A stretch of DNA of 64,000 nt from Macrostomum lignano (Eukaryota), in NCBI GenBank assembly GCA_002269645.1, contig NIVC01000006.1, positions 806,001 through 870,000 of the forward strand, in the 5' to 3' direction. The position numbers and the translations under genes were made by a program. Position 1 is the stretch's first letter, and every line of letters begins with the position of its first letter. The notes beneath the pieces were generated by a model. The model was not told the DNA's origin, did not search any database, and worked only from the letters and a program-made list of their open reading frames with translations. Positions 50,481 to 60,419 of this stretch are shown here, in pieces.

Positions 50481-52579
50481 CTACCGAATCATACACTCGA
50501 ACATCTTCATTGAGTAGTCCACTCGCAACACAGGGTCAGTAGGTGACAAATAGTAGTAGATACCATTGTGGTCGTATGCGTCAGGTGGGTACAGGTAAAC
50601 TCCATTCGGGTTCATGAAGGCGCACCAGTTAAACCACCAGCCAGGACCAACAACAGCAGCGCAGCTTCCATAGAACCAATTATCGTTATCAGAATCGATG
50701 GTGGTGAATTGCATGTTCTTCATTACGAGCTTTGATGAGGTGAGTTGTCCAACGTTCGACCTGTTCGCGTCCAGCGGTCCTATCGAGCACCTGTACTTGT
50801 CAGCCGCTGGCCCTACAGAGAACGGAGCATTCTCAGCCCAGTACCAGTTGTCATTCCAGTCGCTGAACTCCCAACGGACTCTCCACCCTCCAGTGGCGGT
50901 GAGCTGGTGGAGCTGCTCCAGTCCCATCCAGTAGTTGAGACTCTCGCCCTGACCGAATCCGCTCGCGTACTCCGACCAGTTCCGGTTGAAGCTGACGGAG
51001 CCGTCGACTCTGTGCTGGAACGTCCGCCAGCAGGTCTCCGACGGATCCTTGATTTGAAGCACAAACCAACAACGTGTGGCGGCCAGACTACGCGACCGGC
51101 AGCACCAGTACAGCCGCTCTGGAAACCCCCAACCTCTGTCTAGCTGAGGTGGGGTGGTTGCGCACAAAGCTAGCCGGCTCGCCAAGCCGAGGGGTTGGCG
51201 TAGCCTATCACGCCACGCCACGCCACCTCTTCGCACCGCCCTAGGCCCCTCAATCTCGCGCTGTTTGTAATTATATAAACACACGCAGAGCAGCACAAAC
51301 TCTTCGCTGCCACTCCATCTATGGAACTAATTAAGGCCTTCCGCCTCATTGGTGAGCCCGATTCCCAGCGCGGAACGCTGGGCCTACCTGGTCGGCCCTG
51401 TGCGGTCCTGGAAGCCAACCGCCTTGGCCGACTGCAACGACAGCACCGCAGCCCAGCAGCCACGGCAGTACCCCGCAGCACAAATCGGCCCCTTCAGCCC
51501 GCCCCCCGGTAGCTCCTGGGGTCTCGCCTTTCGGCCCCCGCGTTGGACCAACCAGCGCCACACGCTGCAGCTCATTCAAGGTTAGCACCGCTGCTGCTAG
51601 CCTAACGTCCCCATCCTCTGTGCAGGAGCCTCGACCCGGCTCACGGCGGCAACTGACTGTCGATTGCCTCGGGTGTGGTCCGGCCGCGCGCCCCTGCTGC
51701 TTTACGCGCCCGCCTGGCGCCCTATTGCCTTCGGCGCCCGCCGCGCGCCCCTGCCGCCTTCAGCGCCCTACCGCCTTCGGCGCCCGGCTGACTTCGGCGC
51801 CCGCTCCTCGGTGCCTTCGATTTCTTCGGCGCCCGCTCCTCGACACTCTCGCTGCCTCGGCTATCACCCGACGTTCTGGCACTAGCTCTGTGCTAGGGGG
51901 AGCTGTGTGGCGGCCAGACTGTACGCGACTGTATGCAGCCGCACTGGAAACCCCCAACCTCTGTCTAGCTGAGGTGGGGTGGGTGCACACCAAGCTAGCC
52001 AGCTCGCTAAGCCGGGGGGTTGGCGTAGCCTATCACGCCACGCCACCTTTTCGCAACTCCCTAGGCCTCTCAAACTCGCGCTGTTTGTAATTATATAAAC
52101 ACACACACACAGAGCAGCACAAACTCTTCACTGCCATTCCATCTATGGAACTAATTAAGACATTCCGCCTCAAACGTCAATTAAAATCCACTTTTTCACA
52201 CAAACTATAAGTTGTCATATTAATTACATGCAAATGGAAGCAGCATGAAGCGAAATGGGTCACCTACCCAGAGCATCGCCAGACTCTCGTCCTTCTCGTG
52301 TCGACACTTCCTGCAGGCGTCCCTGCCGCCCCGGTCGCACTGCATCAGGGCCCAGTCGCCCGACTCAGCGTCGAAGGAGGCCGCGTGAGCCTCGGCCACT
52401 GACGATTTCATCAGACAGTCGGTAATCTTTGGAACCTTGAGCACAGTGATCAGCTTGTACTCGGTGATGTCGCCTCGGAGCTGCTTCCACTTCGATTGGC
52501 ATCCAGCAGAGACGGTCGGCAGTGGCGGAAAACAGCAGGTAGCCACGCACAGCAGAAGTCGCGCAGACGGAATCATCAT
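50481..52579 (-). CDS. Secreted PAN/apple-like + fibrinogen C-terminal domain protein, copy A (splice acceptor altered, TRIM in intron)
   Basis: Exon 1 52579-52268 (MMIPSARLLLCVATCC.., donor GTAGGT); exon 2 51053 (or 51047)-50481 with FReD motifs FQHRVDGSVSFNRNWSEYASGFG, YWMGLEQLHQLT, QFTTIDSDND, GWWFNWC..NPNG. The orthologous acceptor reads AA instead of AG. Confidence 0.8.
51075..52172 (+). mobile_element. Non-autonomous LTR retroelement (TRIM-like), 1098 bp
   Basis: Direct repeats 51075-51348 and 51906-52172, starting TGTGGCGG and ending CCGCCTCA; 4-bp TSD AACG (51071-51074, 52173-52176); PBS-like TGGTGAGCCCG at 51350; purine tract AGGGGGAG before the 3' LTR; no gag/pol-like ORF inside. 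Confidence 0.9.
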
Positions 52580-53349
52580 TTGCTCGGGTCGCAGCGAGTT
52601 TTTCGAATAATTCCTGCAAGCTGTCTTTCTGAAAAATGCTGACCTGCCAGTCATCGGCCTGTACGAGTGTGATTACTGAACTCAAAATTTTTCTGAGCGC
52701 GGCTTCCTGTTGCATATTTTGTACATGTATTTATACAGCATATCGACAGGCTTTCAATGCGGCATGAACTGTCTTTTGATTTCTATTGACAGACTTGTGA
52801 CAGCTGAGGCGTTTATTTAACTGAGCAGCAGCTGATTTGAATTTGAATTTGCTGCTTTTGTCTTCTCGTCTTTCAGCTTTCAGAGGCAACAGTAAACAGG
52901 TTCCGGGTGAATTGTCACAGCTGCATGACGCTTTTATGCATGGCGCCATTGTCGATTTCAGAGTTTCACTGACAATGCCGATCGAAGCGACACTTGCTTT
53001 GGGCTGTTTTGTTTCACGGCATCGCCTTTTTACAGCTTCTTTACAGCCGTGAATGGCTCAAGAACAGCTTCACTAGGCTGCCTTCCGATAGAAAATCATC
53101 CATCAGCGACGCTTTTGGGTCGCATTGTCTGTCTTCTTTGGCTTACCTCGCAAGACTTTAACTGCATGATTTCTTTTGCAGACGTTCTAGTGAGAGTTCC
53201 ATGCAGTCGGGACTCCCTTTGATCTGTGAATCAGCTTACCGACTGTCACTTGCGCCTGTCTGTGCATTATGATTATAATTATAATTACATTAATTAAGTA
53301 AAGTCGATGATGTAAGAGTTACGTTTATGCTATTCACTACTATCCATAG

Positions 53350-53515
53350 CAATGGCACAGCCAGGAGTTTGTTGAAGAGGGCGAATTCCGGTGGTTGAAA
53401 GCCCAAAGGGGAACGGGGCAGTATTTTGGTGAAAAAGCGCTTGCTTCCTCCCATTCTTTTTTTCAAGTCTCCACTGAAGAGCCCCCCCCCCCCAGCCCCA
53501 GGGTTGCGTTCCTTG
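53350..53515. mobile_element. Possible decayed hAT MITE between the FReD genes
   Basis: Weak TIR, internal poly-C tract like the 1000-1208 MITE, 6/8 flank match ATCCATAG / GTCCTTAG. Confidence 0.35.
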
Positions 53516-53968
53516 GTCCTTAGCTCAGTAGCTACGCTGCAACTGCCTTTATCTTTGTGAGCATTTAGGAATGCTGTGAGCTGGAACGGTTCGGCTCAGT
53601 CAATTTTAGCCAAAGAAGAGCTCGACAATAGAAATGACATGGTGCTTTTTTACCTGCTTTTCTAGTTTTTTAGCCACTTGTCTAGCGTCTGATCTGCAAT
53701 GAGAGAGCAATGCACCAGCCAATCACTGCAGGCCAGCACGGGTGAAACAGATTATACATATCTCTATTTAGCTGTGGCATGATAGGCAACTGCGTCTAAT
53801 TCAAACAGGGGAAGATACTATTCCTGGATAGGAAACGGTAGCGCCAATAGTTAGTCAAGCAGTAGAATTCGTACCAGACAAATAGTCAAAATTTATCAAG
53901 TCTGAGTCCTTCGAAAATAAAGTGGACGTTGAACTCTCCGGTACATCCGAAACCACACTCGATCAAAA

Positions 53969-54959
53969 ATGGTTCTGGCCCTGCGACTTCTGCTGTGCGT
54001 GGCTGCCTGCTGTTTTCTGTCGCTGCCGACCGTCTCTGCTGGATGCCAATCGAAGTGGAAGCAGCTCCGAGGCGACATCACCGAGTACAAGCTGATCACC
54101 GTGCTCAAGGTTCCAAAGATTACCGACTGTCTGATGAAATCGTCAGTGGCCGAAGCTCACGCGGCCTCCTTCGACGCTGAGTCGGGCGACTGCGCCCTGC
54201 TGCAGTGCGACCGGGGCGGCAGGGACGCCTGCAGGAAGTGTCGACACGAGAAGGACGCGAGTTTGCCGATGCTCTGGGTAGGTGACCCGTTTCGCTTCAT
54301 GCTGCTTCCATTTGCATGTAATTAATATGACAACTTATAGTTTGTGTGAAACAGTGGACTTTAATTAACGCAGTTGTTTTGTACTTCAGATCAAGGATCC
54401 GTCGGAGACCTGCTGGCGGACGTTCCAGCACAGAGTCGACGGCTCCGTCAGCTTCAACCGGAACTGGTCGGAGTACGCGAGCGGATTCGGTCAGGGCGAG
54501 AGTCTCAACTACTGGATGGGACTGGAGCAGCTCCACCAGCTCACCGCCACTGGAGTGTGGAGAGTCCGTTGGGAGTTCAGCGACTGGAATGACAACTGGT
54601 ACTGGGCTGAGAATGCTCCGTTCTCTGTAGGGCCAGCTTTCGACAAGTACAGGTGCTCGATGGGTCCGCTGGACGTGAGCAGGTCGAGTGTGGGACAGAA
54701 CACAGAGCCACTCTTGTCAGCCAACCAGCAGTTCAGCACATCCGAATCTGATCATGATGGTTGGAGTGGTGGCAGTTGTGCTCAGATACGGGCTGCTGGT
54801 TGGTGGTTCGGTCATTGCAATTCCTTTAATCCCAATGGAATGCATCTGGTGCCGCCCGCTACGACTGAAGGCATCGGAATTTACTACTATCTTCCCTACT
54901 CGGGCCCTGAATTTAATACATACTACTCAATGAAAACATTCGAGTGCCTGATTCAGTGA
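53969..54959 (+). CDS. Secreted PAN/apple-like + fibrinogen C-terminal domain protein, copy B, 2 exons, ~292 aa
   Basis: Exon 1 53969-54277 (signal peptide MVLALRLLLCVAACCFLSLPTVSA; TDCLMKS..ASFDAESGDCALLQC), donor GTAGGT; exon 2 54390-54959 after ttcAG, with FReD motifs FQHRVDGSVSFNRNW, YWMGLE, FSTSESDHD, GWWFGHC..NPNG. Confidence 0.9.
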
Positions 54960-56389
54960 TTGGAACCAAGAGTTTGCAGCGTTTCTGAAAGTTGAGCGTC
55001 GTTAGCCACAGCTTGTGGTCCTCACATATTGATCGAAATAAATGTGTTCTGCCCCAACGTATGATGTAAAGTTACACGATCCCTCTGGCATAGGGACGCA
55101 CAGAGTAGAGCCTTGAAAGAAGAACGCAAGAGGCAGAGCTTAGCCGGTCGTAAACTTATGGCCGATCGTTCTGCTCGAATCAGTTGAGTTGGGGTCTCAG
55201 TTGCCGGATTGTTTTCGCAATAATTCGTCTTTCGTCTTTTCTAATGAGCATTAAGCTAGCTAGTAAAATCGCACAGTAAAGTACTATATATTATACTTTG
55301 TACGAGCTAAATGCAGTAGATTGAGTCAGCTGATGAAAGAGACAATCTTTTACTCCAAGGTACAGAGTTAAAAACTTCAGGAGTCGCCACAAGGGCAGCC
55401 AGCCGTCGAAATAAATACCAATAAGGGGAAAGGGGAGAGAGCAGACGCCAGTCAAGCCCAGCCAATCAGCGCACCGCGAGTAAGAGAAAAATTGTTCTCG
55501 ATTTATAATATGCGTTATGAAAACCTTTTGTCTTTGACTTTTTTCACTGAAATAAAAGGGGGAGGCAAATTTCAATAGGTTTATAGACTTTTCAGCGAAT
55601 ATGCGCTTTCTTTCTATTGAATTCGTCTACGAAAACGTTTCATCCAGTTTTCATAATTGATTCAGCTTAATTGATTCAAGCAACGAGCTGCTTAAATCGA
55701 TAGAAAACAGCGAAAAGCATGCAATGTCAACGTCCAAATGTTAAATATTAAATTGAACTGTCTTCGTAGTTCCAAAAACGGCCGTGTGTGTAGTAGTCAG
55801 TCTATTGCTGCTACTTCTCTAGTGTAATCGCATGCAGTGCAGAGTCAGTTCAAAGCGATGGCGACTGATCGATCAGACAATATACCTGATGAATTGCGTG
55901 AACTGACAGAGGCCTCTTCACTGCTGCCTCCAGAGATGAACTTGCTCGCTTGTTTACGGTGGAAATTGAAAGGTGCCGTGTTGCGGTGAAAGTCCAGTGA
56001 CTGATAGCCCAGATAACCACCAACTCAGCCTCCACCAGAACGTTCTAATACTAAGAAGTTCGCAAAATTTTCAGTTCAAAAATCTCCCTCCACCAAAGCA
56101 CAGTGAACAAGTGCCCCCACTGCTAAGATATGGCCAAGGAGGCAGTCATCAGGTTTTCATTGTGCGTATATGGCTAGTCACATCTCGCCACCTTCACAAC
56201 TCATGGGTCTTTTCAATAAACTTTAATTTAGTTGTCGAGTGCTCTCGACTCATGGTTGAGGCATGAGGACGAGGATCTTCATCTAAATTTGTAACGTTTC
56301 AGACAGATTCGCCTGCAGAAGCTTGACAACTGACTTTACCTGCTGCCCCTACAGTTGATGATTCGGAAGCCCTGCACCAGTTGATGGCA

Positions 56390-57305
56390 AATTCTCAATT
56401 TGTGCGAGTTTGAATGTTTTGTATCCACAATTGTCTTGGCCGCGTTTCTTGTGATGTCCAAGGATATCAGCAAGTTTCCGCGACACGTTGTTTCCGCAAC
56501 CGCGACACGCTGGCGGTGCTCGGAGACCTGAACGCAGTCCCGCGGAGGTCCGAGCGCTCGCCCTTTGTCGCCTCTGTCACCTTTGCGGGCTGCAAGAGAA
56601 GGCGACGGAACGCACGCGGATGGAACGCCACGAGGAGACTGGCGCAACTCGATCATGCGCTGGTTCGCACTCGCGAGCCCAGCCGCGTCACCAACTGCGA
56701 CACCATGGCTCCACGGGCCACGGCGATACTATCGCGCACTGTTGGACACCCGCGTGAAGCGTCAATTCGCGGATGCCTTCGTCGGCGCGCTTGGAGACCA
56801 GCGCGAGGTGGAGTATTCCGACATCAGCACCGCCGTTAGAGCCGCTGCGGAACAGACGGTCCCGCTGATGCGGCCAGCGCAGAAATCGCTGCCTGTCTGG
56901 CAGAGCGACCCGACCGTCAGGCAGGCGCGGCTTAACATCGAGCGACTCAGCAGAAACCGGCGGCCCACAGGCGACGCTGAAGAGGCGTTTGAGCGCCTTC
57001 TAGACGAGCGGCAGCAGGCCGCTGTCGACGACGCCGTCAGATCCATCACTTCAGCCGGCCCCGACGTGAAGAGCCACGCATCCGCCAGTCTACGCTGATC
57101 ATTGTCTTCGTTGACTTTCGAAAGGCGTTTGACTCGGTGTTGAGAGCCGCGCTCCCCTTCATCCTTCGAGCCTACCGGGTCCCGCAGCAGCTAATCGACG
57201 CTATCATGTCGCTGTATCGCGATACTCGAGCTGCTGTGGTGACGGCGGACGGCCTGTCTGACCTGTTCGATACTTCATCAGGAGTTCTGTAGGGCAACAC
57301 GCTCT
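56390..57305 (+). mobile_element. Decayed non-LTR retrotransposon (RTE-like) fragment: APE endonuclease + partial RT
   Basis: LAVLGDLNA and QLDHALVR..RVTNC (APE); IVFVDFRKAFDSV..LYRDTRAAV..GVL*GNTL (RT, stop in the GVxQG motif); frameshifts and internal deletions. Confidence 0.85.
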
Positions 57306-57456
57306 CTCTTATATTTGAAATGTATAGTTTCTCACTAAATAATTATGTTAATGGTTGAAATTTGGGGGCTTTGCCCCCACACCCCCACGCCCATATTCAT
57401 AAATGCAGCTCATGTGCTCGTATAACTCAGCCACACAGTCTATGGTACAATCATAG

Positions 57457-57607
57457 TATTACCCAGGCTTTAAGGGCGATAATGGGAAAGCCGGAGGGCG
57501 CCAGTCAGGGCGGATATTGTCAGGGCGGATGTGAGTCAGAGGGCGGATATACAGTCGGTTCGGCGCCCTCTGGCTTTCCCATTATCGCCCTTAAAACCCG
57601 GGTAATA
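57457..57607. mobile_element. Fold-back MITE with ~46-bp inverted arms
   Basis: TATTACCCAGGCTTTAAGGGCGATAATGGGAAAGCCGGAGGGCGCC pairs with the reverse complement of the right end; core holds AGGGCGGAT x3. Confidence 0.8.
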
Positions 57608-59313
57608 ATATTACTATTATAAGAAAACATTAGTGGACGAAATGTTTTTCAGTTTGAGAAATTCAATTACAATAAGGTATACAAGACGAATGTACTGTGA
57701 AAGGGAGCATTTAAGCGCCTAAATTCTCAACCTGGTTGCTCCTTTCGGCCCATGGACAATGTATCCAGTGGGAGTAATGCTGTAACAAATATTTGCCACG
57801 CACTGCATGGGACCATTTATTATCGTCTCCGTATTGCATTGAAACCATAAACAGCAGTCCCGTACATGTAGAGCAGGATTCAAGGAGATTTAGGCCGGCT
57901 GCCTTGCAGGAGATGCAAACGATAAAATTCGATCATTTCATGTGCATGGTAAAAATGATTTTCATTGTACATAGGGCGCAGCGATAGAGCAATAACAATC
58001 TTAAACGGTCATTTTTTCAGGCTAGTCCAAGATCATATATACACGAATATAGGAATATAAGATCTATGGGCTCCAGGTCTTAGGTTGAGTCGTTACGGGT
58101 TAGTCAATTTTGTCGCTCCTTGGGTGCTTCACATCATCTTAGAGAGTCGGATCGGTCAGGAAGGCTGTTTGTTCATCGAGTCCTCATGCACCAGGAATGC
58201 AAGCTGTATTTTGTTTCGAGTACAGCTTACGAGCTACGAACGTCATATAAACTTGTACAGTAGATTGGCTTTCGCTGCAAAAAGTTATACAGTGTCAGTT
58301 TTTAGCAGTTTTGCAGATCTTGGGCCAAGTTGGGCTACTAGCTAATCCTCTTTGCCAAGTAGCCTTCAGAGTGCGGCAGTTGAAGGTAAGCGTGCAGTTT
58401 GGTACAGCTGTCATGGGGTCCGCTGACATTGGGCCTCTTGGTCTCCGGCGCCACCCGGCAGATCCAAATCTTATTAGTGTGGGGGTGGGCTAACGGCGCG
58501 TTTTGGATCCACACAGTGGTCTCTGCGATTGTGTTCACGGCGCCTCTCTATCCGGCGGCAACCGTCTCAGTTTGGTTCTGACTTTGCAGCCGCAGCCGGC
58601 TCCAGCCGACGGAGGAGAGCGCAGTTTGATGCAGGCGCTGCTGCTGCTGCGTCACCAGGAGGCGTCAGCATTATACTTACACAGAAGTGTAAATATCTTG
58701 GACAGGAGTTCCTGCTGTGGACACAGTGGGCCCCTTTCCGGCGGGGGCAGGTGCGGACCCGGAGGTTCGTCGACTGTTTGTGTTTGACAGAAGCTGCTAT
58801 CAAAAGTGTGTTTTGTTATGCTGTTAATCCAGTGCTAAAAAACAAAAACCCTTTAATCTAACTAACCAACCTGATCTCCGATAAAATGAAATTTGCGCGA
58901 CTGCCAGTGAGACAGGCCAATTCCATTTTTGCGTATTTTACTTCAATCCGGTATATATAAAACCTGCACGAAAATTGACAATACTCAATCAAACGCAGAA
59001 CAGATTTTTAATCAACTGAAAACTCGCCACTTGTGAGGCTGCTTCAGAAATTTTGATATTAAAACTACAAGGAATCAATCAGGTACATCATAAACTGCAT
59101 TTTGCCCAGCGATTTTTAATCAACAGATGTAAAATTTAAAAAAATCTGACATAAAAAGGGAGAAAAATAAGGGAGTACGAGAACCTCAACTGGAAGTTCG
59201 GGTACTCGTCTTCCATGAAGCTGACTTCCGATCGCACCTGGCTGCAGTCAGGACCGTCGGCTTCATCCCCATGCTCAACATGTCGTCCATCTTCTCTCAG
59301 CAGGTCGACTTGA

Positions 59314-59760
59314 GTCTACGAGGAGCCCATGATGAGGCACTTCGACTACCAGTGGAGACTGGACGACGATTCTGTTCTTGATGCAGAAATTTCGTTCGAT
59401 GTGTTTGCCGCTGTTAGAGACACAGTGCAGCTACGGTTACTTTGAGACCATCATCGACACCTGCGGCCACAACACCTTCAACATCACTGCAGACTACATG
59501 AGGGTGAATGGCATCAAGCCGACCTTCTTCCACCGACTCAAGAGGAACGAGTTGTTCTTCAACAACTTCGAGGTGTCCAGCCTGAAGATCTGGCGGTCCG
59601 ACCAGTACCAAGACTTCGTTGACTACATGGACTCTCTGGGCGGCATCTACACGCACAGGTGGGGCGACGCTCCGATCAAGACATTGGCTTTGTACCTGTG
59701 TCCGAGATCTGCCAGTTTAGAGACATCAGCTACAGGCACCACAGTCTAAGTTCGCCTTTG
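59314..59760 (+). pseudogene. Kre2/Mnt1 (GT15) alpha-1,2-mannosyltransferase-like, frameshifted
   Basis: VYEEPMMRHFDYQWRLDDDS..ISFDVF, +1 shift near 59424, CSYGY..FFNNFEVSSLKIWRS..Y..DSLGGIYTHRWGDAPIKTLA, second shift to QFRDISYRHH; in-frame TGA just upstream at 59311. Confidence 0.75.
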
Positions 59761-60419
59761 ACAACGAATTTTTGCAATATTAGTGGCCAGATTTTACAAT
59801 GCTTTGATTGCACAAAATTGTAAAATTGCTACCTACTCAAAATGGTTGCAACTGCATGTATTTAGTTTTAAGTGTTTACAGTAATTTCGGCAATGCGATA
59901 TTCTATTTCATACCATTGTAGGGACCTTTATTCTTTCCATGGACACAACTTTCTGATGCATGCCCCCTGTTGTCAAAATAACAACAAAGTGTAACTGCCA
60001 ATGGCTCTCTATGGCGCTCTATGAGTTTTTATTGACAAGTAGAGACGTCAATAAATCTAGATTAGATTTAGGTTCAATATACTGCTGAAGAAACTATATA
60101 TTTTCATTAAATGAATTTTTCTCTTGACGAGCGCAAGCATGGGCTGGCATATTTATCAATAAATGTCTCAGCCAAACATTCACTGGTTGTTTTCACTGAA
60201 TACGGCTCGGCTCGTGTGGAACATTCTTGCTAATCAAAGACGCTCAATTATACGTTATGAAGACGGTTTTTCCAGTGCAACTCTGTTTATATAACATACT
60301 CGTACATTTATTGCATCTGTACGTACTATGGTTATCATTACCTGCAGATTTGTACAATATCCGCATCAATCAGCAAATGGGTTTCTTTTTTTATTTTTCT
60401 TGCCAGTGTAGTTCGCAAT

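Noticed and set aside
58500-58861. GC-rich ORFs upstream of the GT15 relic as its N-terminal or TM exon
   Set aside because: No recognisable motif and no splice path to the GT15 frame.
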